From an uncultured Planctomycetota bacterium (GTDB lineage: Bacteria; Planctomycetota; PLA2; JAEUHO01): DNA of 64,000 bases. The position numbers and the translations under genes were made by a program. The notes under the pieces are model-generated. The model did no database searches and was not told where the DNA came from. It saw only the letters and a list, made by a program, of their open reading frames with translations. The stretch is taken from positions 672,001-736,000 of the forward strand of contig CAVVXN010000005.1 in the NCBI GenBank assembly GCA_963752285.1. The letters run 5' to 3'. This document shows positions 10,717-19,514 of the stretch, one piece after another; position 1 is the first letter of the stretch; the number at the start of each line of letters is the position of its first letter.

Positions 10717-11400
10717 ATGACCACGTCGGCTCGGCTCGGCATCGCGAGCGCGTTCTTCCTGTTCGTGCTCTCGTCCTCGGTCCCCGCGTCCGCGGGGACA
10801 TCCGTCGTCGCACCGTCGCCGGCGGGCGCGTGCTGGGCGTACCACGTGCGTGTGGTGCGGGTGATCGACACCGACCTCGCCTCGGCGGAGACCGCACCCG
10901 TGCTGCCGGGGCTCACGGACGCTTCGCCCTTCACGACCGCCGTGTGGCCGGACGCGCTGGCGACGCTCAGGGCGCGTGGCGACACGCTCCTGCTGCTCGA
11001 CCGGACCGCAACGGGACTCGTCGGCTCGCGTGTGAACCTGCGGGACGACCAGGCGCAGCCGGTGGACGTCTACGAGCGACGCGACGCGACGAACGAGTCC
11101 CACAAGTCGTCGATGCTCCACGCGGGAGCCGCCGTCCAGGTCCTGACGGGCGAGGGGCTCGACTACGACGTGGACGTGACGTGGATCCTCGGGGCGCGTC
11201 GCGCCGACGAGGGCGCGGGCTTCGTACAGGGCAGCGCGAGCTGGAAGGGATCGTGCCCGCCGCTCGACGGGAGGACGCTCGTCTTGTCCCATCGTCAGCA
11301 GGTGGAGCGCGTGCGGGGCGAAGCGGTGGCCGTCGAGATCTACGCGTTCGTCAGCGCGCAGCGCGTCGTCGCCTCCGGCGCGGCGTCCACCGGATCGTAG
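10717..11400 (+). CDS. Secreted protein, possible minimal secretin-like beta domain
   Basis: GGAGGTGAGG SD; signal peptide ...VPASA; DGRTLVLS and VEIYAFVSAQRV resemble secretin C-terminal strands. Confidence 0.7.
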   Translation: MTTSARLGIASAFFLFVLSSSVPASAGTSVVAPSPAGACWAYHVRVVRVIDTDLASAETAPVLPGLTDASPFTTAVWPDALATLRARGDTLLLLDRTATGLVGSRVNLRDDQAQPVDVYERRDATNESHKSSMLHAGAAVQVLTGEGLDYDVDVTWILGARRADEGAGFVQGSASWKGSCPPLDGRTLVLSHRQQVERVRGEAVAVEIYAFVSAQRVVASGAASTGS

Positions 11401-11501
11401 GCTCCCGCTCGGGCGCGCGACGCGCGGTCCACTCGCGACAGGAGTACGCCCACGACTCCCGCGCGGATACGATCCGCGACGACCGGGAGGAGCCGAACGC
11501 G

Positions 11502-13268
11502 ATGGGACGATTCGAGCGGGTGGCGGTGCTGGGCGGGGCGGGTCTCGTCGGCTACCAGGTGTGTCGCCTTCTTCTCCGGGAGGGCGTCACGACGCGCCTC
11601 GCGGTCGTCTCGCTGGGGCGCGGCGAGGTGGAGGAGGCGGTCCGCCGGCTGCGCGCGGAGTTCCCGGCCGCCGAGGTACTCGGGCGGTACGGCAACGTGT
11701 TCTCGCGGTCCGCTCTCCTCGACGTGGACGCGCCCGCTCCGGACGCGAACGGCGGGCCGTCCGACGCCGAGCGCCGGCGGGGGCTCCTCGCGGACATCTA
11801 CGAGTCGTTCGAGAACGCCCGCAAGGCGTCGGCGTTGTGCCGACTGGTCGAGGAGACGCGGCCGGCGGCGGTGATCGACTGCATCAACACGGCGACCGGG
11901 ATCTCGTACCAGGACGTACCTACCGCGGCGCGCCAGCTCATGGCCGACCTGGGTCTCCGCGGGAGCGCGGACAAGCCCTCGGCGACGCAGCTCCAGGCGG
12001 ACGTCGAGGCGCTCCTCGCCTCGATCGAGATCCCGCAGCTGATCCTCCACGTGCGGCTCCTGCACCAGGCGCTGGTCGAGGCGGGTACCGAGATCTACCT
12101 GAAGGTGGGCACGACGGGCACGGGCGGAATGGGTCTCAACATCCCGTACACGCACGGCGAGGACAAGCCGAGCCCGACGCTCATGGCGAAGACGGCGGTC
12201 GCCTTCGCGCACACGGGGCTCCTCTTCCTCGCGGCGCGCGCCGAGGGCGGTCCCGTGGTGAAGGAGCTGAAGCCAGCCGCGATGATCGGCTACAAGGCGG
12301 TCGAGGTCCGCGAGGTCCCGGGCTATGTGTGGGCCCGGAAGGGCGACCGCTTCGTCAAGCAGCGAGTGTCTTCGAGGCCGCTGTTCGAGGCGCGGGAGGC
12401 GTCGCTCGACGGCGCGTTCGACACGGCGCCCGACCGCGCCGCGTACCCGGTGCGGAAGGACGCACGCGGCGAGGAACGTTCGATCCGACTCGCGACCGTG
12501 AACACCGGCGAGAACGGCTGGTTCGCCCACGGCGAGTTCGAGGCGATCACCGCGCTCGACCAGATGGAGATCATCACACCCGAGGAGATCGCGCGCGTCG
12601 TGCTGCACGAGCTGACCGGGCGCTCGACCGGTCACGACGTCATCGCGGCGCTCGACGCGTCGATCCTCGGTCCGACCTTCAAGGGCGGTCTGGTCCGCCA
12701 GGTGGCGCTCGACCGCATCACGCAGCTCGAGTCCGACGGCGCGGTGCCGTCGGTGGCCCTCGGCGACCTCGGGCCTCCGCAGCTCTCGAAGTACCTCTTC
12801 GAGCTCTACCTGATGCGCGAGGAGTGGAAGACGCTCGAGGCCACCGTCGCGGGGCTCGGCGCCCCGGGTGCCCCGGACCGCCTGGCCGCGCGGCTCGGCT
12901 CGCTCCCCGACCTGAGGGACGTGACCGTCTCGGTGGGGGTGCCGGTCCTCCTGCCCGACGGGCGGCGCCTGCTCCGCGGGCCCGAGGTGAAGATCCCGGG
13001 ATACGACCCGAGCCTCGCCCCGCGTGCGCTCTCGGCGGACGAGATCGACCGGTACGCGGCGAAGGGCTGGGTGGACCTGAGAGCCGCGAACCTCGAGCGC
13101 TGGGCGCGACGGCTCGAGCGCGTGCTCGCGTCCCGGCGGGGCGGGTCCGCGGGGGCGTCCGACGCGATGGCGCACGACACGTACGGCCGCGACGACTTCC
13201 GCCCGGGAGAGGTGGTCGCCTGGGTCTTCGCGAACGAACCCGAGTTCCGCGGGTTCCGGATCAAGTAG
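11502..13268 (+). CDS. Large NAD(P)-binding Rossmann-fold protein of unknown function
   Basis: GGAGGAG SD; VAVLGGAGLVG dinucleotide motif; KVGTTGTGGMGLNIPYTHGE. Confidence 0.8.
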   Translation: MGRFERVAVLGGAGLVGYQVCRLLLREGVTTRLAVVSLGRGEVEEAVRRLRAEFPAAEVLGRYGNVFSRSALLDVDAPAPDANGGPSDAERRRGLLADIYESFENARKASALCRLVEETRPAAVIDCINTATGISYQDVPTAARQLMADLGLRGSADKPSATQLQADVEALLASIEIPQLILHVRLLHQALVEAGTEIYLKVGTTGTGGMGLNIPYTHGEDKPSPTLMAKTAVAFAHTGLLFLAARAEGGPVVKELKPAAMIGYKAVEVREVPGYVWARKGDRFVKQRVSSRPLFEAREASLDGAFDTAPDRAAYPVRKDARGEERSIRLATVNTGENGWFAHGEFEAITALDQMEIITPEEIARVVLHELTGRSTGHDVIAALDASILGPTFKGGLVRQVALDRITQLESDGAVPSVALGDLGPPQLSKYLFELYLMREEWKTLEATVAGLGAPGAPDRLAARLGSLPDLRDVTVSVGVPVLLPDGRRLLRGPEVKIPGYDPSLAPRALSADEIDRYAAKGWVDLRAANLERWARRLERVLASRRGGSAGASDAMAHDTYGRDDFRPGEVVAWVFANEPEFRGFRIK

Positions 13269-13311
13269 GCGAACCGCCGAACCGCGCCGGGACCCTGTCC
13301 GTCTGGCTGTC

Positions 13312-14010
13312 ATGATGGCGATGCCGCGCCTCCGAGGACTCTGGCCCGTCGTGCTGTCGATCCTGGCGCACGGCGCCCTGCTCGCGGCCCTCCTGGCCGT
13401 CCTCGACCGCGCGCGGGTCTTCCGGGTGGGACCGGACGGCCCGCACCTCGCCGCCGTGGTCCCCACGCCGCTGGCGGAGGCCGACCCGAGCCCGAGCGAG
13501 CCTCTCGAGCGGGAGGTGTCGCCCCCGGATCCGGTCCCCGACCCGAGCCCGGCCGTCCCCACGGCGCGCGCGGAGCTCGCGCTCGAGCCGCTCGGCGACC
13601 TGGCGGAGGCGCGTGCGTCGGACACGCCGTGGCGCGTCGAGGACGTACCGCTCGAGGCCGCGCGGCGGAGCCTGCGCCGTCCCCGGAGCCAGGTGGCCCC
13701 GCCGCGCCCGCGTGCCACGCCCTCGACGCCGCGGCCCCCGTCCCCGGCGTCGGAGCCGGACCTCGTCCCGGTCTACACGCCGCAGTACTTCCCGCTCGAG
13801 GCCGACCGGCTGGGCCTGTCCGGTCGCGTTCGCGTGCGGGTGACGGTCCACACCTCGGGCGCCGTGATCGACGCGCGTGTCGTCGGCTCGAGCGGGTACC
13901 CGATCCTCGACGACGCGGCGCTCGCGAGCGCCCGACAGTGGCGGTTCGCGCCGATCGCGCGCGAGGTACGGGTCGAGATCCCGTTCCACTTCGTGCACGA
14001 CGGGCGTTGA
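13312..14010 (+). CDS. TonB-family energy transducer
   Basis: TM SILAHGALL (SxxxH), Pro-rich linker, YFPLEA...GRVRV...SSGYPILDDAAL...WRFAP. Confidence 0.85.
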   Translation: MMAMPRLRGLWPVVLSILAHGALLAALLAVLDRARVFRVGPDGPHLAAVVPTPLAEADPSPSEPLEREVSPPDPVPDPSPAVPTARAELALEPLGDLAEARASDTPWRVEDVPLEAARRSLRRPRSQVAPPRPRATPSTPRPPSPASEPDLVPVYTPQYFPLEADRLGLSGRVRVRVTVHTSGAVIDARVVGSSGYPILDDAALASARQWRFAPIAREVRVEIPFHFVHDGR

Positions 14011-14019
14011 CTCGGCGGG

Positions 14020-15297
14020 TCAGCGGACCGTTCGGCCGTCGTCCGTCCGCGTCTGGTCCTTTACGTCGAGCGCGGCGATCTTCCAGCCGTCGGGCTCGAG
14101 GGAGACCGTGAAGTCGGCGACGTACTCGATCACGCGCTGGTGCGTGTGGTAATGGTGGCTCACCTTCCCGACCACCTCCCACCGCGCGTTCACCTTGAAG
14201 TAGGGCGCGTCGGGATCGGGCTGCGAGAGGATCTTCTGGTCGAGGAGCCTCACGGACTCGATCTTGCAGACCGCGCCGCCCTGGTCCTGCATGATCAGGC
14301 TCCGGTGCACCTCGAGGTAGATCCGCTCGAGGAGACGACCGCTCACGCTCCGGCTCAGCGTGTCGTAGATCTCGTTCTCGGTGTCGAAGTCGAACGCGCG
14401 GTACACGTTCCGCAGCAGGCCCTCGAACACGTAGAGCGCCCGCGCGTCGGGCGGTCGCTCGTAGCGCCGGGCCCACGGGACGGGGATGTCCGCGCGCGCC
14501 ACGCCGTGGAGGGCGACGGCGCCGACGAGGACGGCGGCGGCGCCGGCGAGGCGTGCGCCCCGGGCGACGCCCCGGCGGCGCGTCCAGAGCAGGGCCGCCG
14601 CGCCGAGGAGCACGAGGGCGAGCGAGACGAGCGGCACGGGGATCGTCGGCGGCGGCGCGGGCTTCGGGAGCTCGAGCGCGACCGGCGGCGGCGGTTCGAG
14701 GGGGCGGTGCCAGATGTACTCCGGCTCTTTCTCCTTGAAGGTCTGGTAGCTGGTCTTCTGTCCGGGCGCGTCGAGCTCGCTCTGGATGCCGTCGAAGAGG
14801 GCGCCGAAGGGCTGCTCGTATTGGGTCCAGGTGAAGGAGACCTCCTTCGCCGGCCCCTTCGTCTCGAAGGAGATCGCGACGTTGATGAACTTCCAGTCGA
14901 GTCCCTCGTGGCTGTAGACGTCCTTCAGGACGCTCTCCACCGTCCCCGACACGGGGACGCGGTCGATCTCGACGTGGAGCCACCGCGCCATGCCCAGGGC
15001 GACCTTCTCCCGTGTGTCGCCCGGCAGGTCCGCGGACGCCTCGGTCGGCATCGCGAGCGGATCGACCCCGAACCACTCGCGAAAGATCGGGAAGCTCGCG
15101 ATGAGCCGGAAGGTCACCTTCCGGTCCGTGACCTTGATGGCGGCGTAGATCGGCGGGGGCATGTGCGCCTCGGCGCGCGACGCCGAGAGGAGGACGAGGG
15201 CGAGCGAGAGGGCGGCGGCGGCGGACGAACGCGCCCGCCGGACCCTCTGCGGCGGCCCTGCCCGCGGCGCGCTCGCGTGCTCGGTCCCCTGCCTCAT
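14020..15297 (-). CDS. Exported/membrane hypothetical protein (signal peptide, two TM, C-terminal alpha/beta domain)
   Basis: LALVLLSASRAEA-H signal; ATGA overlap with phosphatase stop codon. Confidence 0.75.
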   Translation of the reverse strand: MRQGTEHASAPRAGPPQRVRRARSSAAAALSLALVLLSASRAEAHMPPPIYAAIKVTDRKVTFRLIASFPIFREWFGVDPLAMPTEASADLPGDTREKVALGMARWLHVEIDRVPVSGTVESVLKDVYSHEGLDWKFINVAISFETKGPAKEVSFTWTQYEQPFGALFDGIQSELDAPGQKTSYQTFKEKEPEYIWHRPLEPPPPVALELPKPAPPPTIPVPLVSLALVLLGAAALLWTRRRGVARGARLAGAAAVLVGAVALHGVARADIPVPWARRYERPPDARALYVFEGLLRNVYRAFDFDTENEIYDTLSRSVSGRLLERIYLEVHRSLIMQDQGGAVCKIESVRLLDQKILSQPDPDAPYFKVNARWEVVGKVSHHYHTHQRVIEYVADFTVSLEPDGWKIAALDVKDQTRTDDGRTVR

Positions 15298-16271
15298 CTG
15301 GGCTCGTGGACCTCGCGGTCGTGCTCCCACGTGTAGAGGACGCGGGCGTCCCGGTCCCGGAACTCGACCTGCAGGTGTCCCGGACGGACGCGGAGCAGGG
15401 CGAATCCGAAGGTCGCGGCGTGGAACGACGACCCGGGTCCGCCCTCGACCTCGTAGAGACGTTTCCCGCCCGTACCGACGACCGCGAGCGGGAGCCCGCC
15501 CACCTCGATCATCTCCATCACGTGCGCGTGGCCGGCGAGGTAGAGGTCCACGGTCGGATGGCGTTCCATGACGGGCCGGAACCAGCGCGCCATCTGGGGC
15601 TCGATGCGGTTCGGCTTCGTGCAGTAGCTGACGATCGGGTTGTGGCCGAAGGCCAGCACGATCTGGGGGGCGGTCTCGAGGGACGAGAGCTCCTTCTCGA
15701 GCCAGGCGCTCTCCTGCTCGAAGTGGGAGAACTTCTCGTTCGTGTCGAGCCCGAGGAGCGTCACGAGGGGGTGCGCGGGGTCCGGGAGGTCCACCCGGTA
15801 GTACTCGGACGGCAGGATCCAGCGCCCCTTCGACCGCGCGGTGTACGCGATCTGCGCCTTCGGGTTGCCGTCGTAGTCGTGGTTCCCGAGCACGGGGTAC
15901 CACGGGAGGCGTCCCAGCCAGGGCGTGTCGTAGACCTGCTCGAACACCTGCTCGAAGAGCGGGTCGTTTACGCTCTGGACGCCCCGGTTGTAGAAGTTGT
16001 CGCCGAGGAAGATCCCGGCGTGCAGCCCCCCGAGCTCGCCCGCGGTGCGGTCGATCGCCCGGGCGACCTCGGCCTGCTCCCGGGTCGCCGCGCCCCAGTC
16101 CCCGAGCGCGGCGATCCGGACCTCCTCCCCGATCGGCGGGACCTCGTGGCGGACCCCGGGCGGGACGTACGTCGGGAGGCCTTGGGCGCGCCAGACGAGC
16201 CACCCGACCAGGGCCGCCCCGAGTGCCGCCGCGACGAGCAGGCCGAGGACGAGGCGGGAGGGGCGACGCAT
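15294..16271 (-). CDS. Purple/tartrate-resistant acid phosphatase-like metallophosphoesterase
   Basis: GDWG, GDNFY, GNHDY, GHNP, AGHAH; N-terminal TM. Confidence 0.9.
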   Translation of the reverse strand: MRRPSRLVLGLLVAAALGAALVGWLVWRAQGLPTYVPPGVRHEVPPIGEEVRIAALGDWGAATREQAEVARAIDRTAGELGGLHAGIFLGDNFYNRGVQSVNDPLFEQVFEQVYDTPWLGRLPWYPVLGNHDYDGNPKAQIAYTARSKGRWILPSEYYRVDLPDPAHPLVTLLGLDTNEKFSHFEQESAWLEKELSSLETAPQIVLAFGHNPIVSYCTKPNRIEPQMARWFRPVMERHPTVDLYLAGHAHVMEMIEVGGLPLAVVGTGGKRLYEVEGGPGSSFHAATFGFALLRVRPGHLQVEFRDRDARVLYTWEHDREVHEPR

Positions 16272-16308
16272 CGTCGTGCGAGGGTACCCCGTCTCGCTGC
16301 CCCGGCGG

Positions 16309-17274
16309 CTACTTCTTGCGGGCGCCCGAGGTTCGGTGCCCCGCGCCGCCGGCCCGCGCCGCCGGCACCTTCTTCTTCACGGCCGCCTTCTTCGGACCCC
16401 GGCCGGAGGCGCCGGCGGACTTGGCGGCCGGGCCGCGGCGTGCCGACGTCGCCTTGGCGGCGGGCCGCGGCGTGGTCGCACCCTTGCCCGTCGCCTTCTT
16501 CGAAGCCTTCTTCGGCGGCACCTTCGGCGGCACCTTCGGCGGCTTGGGGCGCGGGCGCGCGGGGGGAGAGGCCGTCTTCTTCTTCGCGACCGTGGGCCCC
16601 GCCTTCTTGGCGGGGGTCTTCGCGGCGGGCTTCGCCGTGGGGTTCGACCCGCGGGCCGGTCCCACCGCGGGCTTCGAGGCGGCCGCGCGCGCCGTCTTTC
16701 CGGCGGCCCGCCGGCGCTCGGCCCGCGCCTTCAGGCGCTTCAGCCGCCGCTCGCGTCGCCGGATCAGGTCGCGCTTCGCGTCCTCCTGGGCCTGGGCCTC
16801 GGCGAGGACCTCGGCCGAGGCCGCCGTGTGGGCCTCCTCCGGCATCGGGTGCCCGTCCCCGTGGTCGAGAGCGGTGCGGGCGCGCGTCAGCCGGCGGTCC
16901 CACTCGGCGTACTCGGGCTCGCGCCCGTGCACCCAGATCCGGTCACGGAGCTCCTCGGCGAGCAGCTGGATGACCTTGAGCTGGTGCCGCACGGTCATGC
17001 CCGGCGTGGTCGCCGCCGGCACGTCGGGCCAGGTGCCCGCGTGCCGGGCCGGGGGCACGTCCGGCGGGTACGGATCTCCGTGCCCGGCGACCGGCGGGAG
17101 GAAGAGCGCGCGGTACGCGTCGTGGATCCGCCGTCGCCAACGCTCGTGCTCGCCCGCGGCGTAGAAGCCCGGCCGGCGGAGCTCCTCGGAGATCCAAATC
17201 ACGTAGTCGAGGACAGCCCGGACCGTGACCTCCGGCTGGTGGCTGGAGGGGATCTCCGGCCAGGGGAGCTTCAC
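16309..17274 (-). CDS. Tandem-domain protein with Lys/Ala/Pro-rich histone H1-like tail
   Basis: Two copies of WPxxP...TVR...EELR...WxRR; tail AAKTPAKKA...KKAAVKKK; GGAGG before GTG. Confidence 0.75.
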   Translation of the reverse strand: MKLPWPEIPSSHQPEVTVRAVLDYVIWISEELRRPGFYAAGEHERWRRRIHDAYRALFLPPVAGHGDPYPPDVPPARHAGTWPDVPAATTPGMTVRHQLKVIQLLAEELRDRIWVHGREPEYAEWDRRLTRARTALDHGDGHPMPEEAHTAASAEVLAEAQAQEDAKRDLIRRRERRLKRLKARAERRRAAGKTARAAASKPAVGPARGSNPTAKPAAKTPAKKAGPTVAKKKTASPPARPRPKPPKVPPKVPPKKASKKATGKGATTPRPAAKATSARRGPAAKSAGASGRGPKKAAVKKKVPAARAGGAGHRTSGARKK

Positions 17275-17333
17275 GAAAGACCTCCGGCTCACGGGACTCG
17301 AGTACGCGGGTTGGCGGGAGGATGGGGGCGGAG

Positions 17334-17356
17334 CACCGGAATTGCAAGTTCCGGTG
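17334..17356. promoter_or_regulatory. Inverted repeat, candidate operator between divergent genes
   Basis: CACCGGAA-ttgcaag-TTCCGGTG, perfect 8-bp arms. Confidence 0.4.
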
Positions 17357-17633
17357 TGCCGAGAGGCCGCCCACGGGGCGGGATCGGCCCCCAAGCCCCG
17401 ATCTCCGGGAACCGGGACCCGCGGGCGGTCCCCCGGGGGGGCGCCGCGGCGGGGGGGGCGGGACGTTGGTCGGCCCCCCCGGAACGGGCGGGGCCCACCC
17501 CCTGCCGAGGGCGACAGCGCAGAGGACGCCGGTACATTGATCCCGCTCGAACGTGTTTCCCTTGTTCCTGGCGCTTCACGCCGGCTCCGGTGGTCCGAGC
17601 CGTGATCTCCCGCGCGGGAAGCGGAGTCATTGC

Positions 17634-18110
17634 ATGTCCGACGTTCGTATCCGGCTGAAGACCGCTGGAATCTCGCTTCACTTCGAAGGATCCGAGGAGC
17701 TCTATGACCGGTTGCTCGCCTCCGTGCTCGCGCCGTTCGCGGGCCGGAGGGCCTCCGAGCGCCCCGCGGAGCGGGTGGTGGCGAGGCCGAGGCGAGTCCC
17801 CGCCTGGAGCCCGCCGTCGGACCGGTTCGGCACGTTCCGCCGCCAGATCGACCTCACGAAGGACGGCGAGGCCGACCGCGTCGCCGCGTTCGCCTTCTAC
17901 CTGTGGAACTACGAGAAGAAGGAGACGTTCCGCGAGGAAGAGGTCGAGGGGTGCTTCCACGCGCAGGGCCTCGAGCCGCCCAAGGACACGGCGTCGGTCT
18001 ACGGCGAGCTCCTGACGCGGCGGATGCTCTCGCCGGGCGCCGCGGAGCGTTCATGGCGTCTCACGGGCAAGGGCCGCGACTACGTGCGACACCACCTGCT
18101 CTCGGCGTGA
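17634..18110 (+). CDS. Hypothetical protein with probable C-terminal winged helix
   Basis: GGAG SD; AFAFYL...EVEGCF...WRLTGKGRDYV wing motif. Confidence 0.7.
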   Translation: MSDVRIRLKTAGISLHFEGSEELYDRLLASVLAPFAGRRASERPAERVVARPRRVPAWSPPSDRFGTFRRQIDLTKDGEADRVAAFAFYLWNYEKKETFREEEVEGCFHAQGLEPPKDTASVYGELLTRRMLSPGAAERSWRLTGKGRDYVRHHLLSA

Positions 18111-18150
18111 CACCGAGGGGGCACGGGCGCGGGTCGGATCCCGGGGCGGC

Positions 18151-18807
18151 TCAGCCGCGCGCGGGGCGCTTTCGTGCCTGGCGGACGTAGACCAGTCCGC
18201 GGTTCGGGCCGGGAATCGCCCCCTTCACGTAGAGGAGGTTCTTCTCCGGCTCGACGCGAAGGACGAGGAGGTTCTGGACCGTGACCGGCGAGCCACCGTA
18301 CCGGCCGCCCATGCGCGTGCCGCGGAGGGTGTGCTGAGGCTTCCGGCTCCCGACGGAGCCCGCGTGGCGGACGAAGAAGTGGGCGCCGTGTGACTCCTTG
18401 AGCGTCGCGAAGCCGTGACGGCGGACGACGCCGGACGTGCCGCGGCCCTTCATCGTGCCGATCACGTCCACGTGCTGACCCGGCTCGAAGATGTCGCACG
18501 TGATCTTCGACCCGACGGCGGGGACCTCGTCGCCGGCGTCGAGTCGGATCTCGGCGAGGTGGCGCGTCGGCTCGACGCCTGCCTTCTTGAAGTGACCGCG
18601 GAGCGGCTTCGAGACGAGCTTCTCGCGACGGGGCAGGAAGCCGATCTGCACGGCCTGGTAGCCCTCGTTGCCCTCGTCCTTCTGCTGGACGACGGAGCAG
18701 GGCCCGGCCTCCACGAGCGTGCAGGCGACGGCGTCCCCGTTCTCGAGGAAGACGCGGGTCATGCCGACCTTGCGGCCGAGGATGCCTTTGTGACGCAGGA
18801 TCGGCAT
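18151..18807 (-). CDS. rplC: 50S ribosomal protein L3 (stand-alone copy)
   Basis: GILGRKVGMTRVF, GYQAVQIGF, KPLRGHFKKAG, VDVIG.MKGRG, SHG, VTVQNL, VKGAIPGP. Confidence 0.93.
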   Translation of the reverse strand: MPILRHKGILGRKVGMTRVFLENGDAVACTLVEAGPCSVVQQKDEGNEGYQAVQIGFLPRREKLVSKPLRGHFKKAGVEPTRHLAEIRLDAGDEVPAVGSKITCDIFEPGQHVDVIGTMKGRGTSGVVRRHGFATLKESHGAHFFVRHAGSVGSRKPQHTLRGTRMGGRYGGSPVTVQNLLVLRVEPEKNLLYVKGAIPGPNRGLVYVRQARKRPARG

Positions 18808-18974
18808 GGGGTGGCTCCTGGCTCCCGAGGCGGGCTCGCGGGGGGATCGGCCGCCGGGGCCCGACGCCGCGCGAAGCCCCGGAGTGTAGGCCGTGCGCGG
18901 GGCCGGGCAAGGAATGCCGGGATCCGGTTCGAATCGGGAACCCGGGGCCCTCGAACGGCGTCCTCTACCTGATC

Positions 18975-19352
18975 ATGTCCGTACCGCCCCCCCTGCCCCC
19001 CGACCTCGGCCCCGAGGAGCGCGGCCTCGCCTCGCTCCTGGCCCGGCTCCGTCCCACGCCCCCGGGGGCGCCCCCGGGCGAGGACGAGCTCGCGCGTGCC
19101 GTCGGCGCGGGAAGGCTGCCGTCGGCGTCGCACGTTCAAGTGCTCGCGATGCTCGCGATGGGCGGCCTCCTCGCGCTCGGCGTCGGCTGGTTCGACCGCT
19201 CCGCCGCGGGGGTCGAGCGGGGCGACGCCGCGGCCGCGCCCGTGATCGGTCCCGTGATCGGGCCGGATGTCGCGACCCCGTTCGAGGCGGAGCCCGTCCG
19301 CCCCGAGGCCGCCGGGCCGTCGGCGCCGGTGGATCCCGGTCCGAGCCACTGA
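18975..19352 (+). CDS. Small single-TM hypothetical protein
   Basis: TM VLAMLAMGGLLALGVGWF; co-oriented with lol genes. Confidence 0.45.
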   Translation: MSVPPPLPPDLGPEERGLASLLARLRPTPPGAPPGEDELARAVGAGRLPSASHVQVLAMLAMGGLLALGVGWFDRSAAGVERGDAAAAPVIGPVIGPDVATPFEAEPVRPEAAGPSAPVDPGPSH

Positions 19353-19514
19353 TCCGGAGCGGTTGGCGCCGCGTCCCGTCTTCCGCGGAGATCGTGCGCG
19401 ACGGCCGTCCTCTCGCGGTCCCGGTCCACGTGGGGGCTTCCCCGGCGCCGGGCCTATCCTTCCTCGCTCCGGCAGCCGATCGACCTCCCGAGGATCGTTC
19501 GCTCGAAGGAGCCG

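Noticed and set aside
16508..16543. 12-bp tandem repeat (TTCGGCGGCACC)
   Set aside because: Encodes PPKV repeats in the H1-like tail; not CRISPR-like or a separate element
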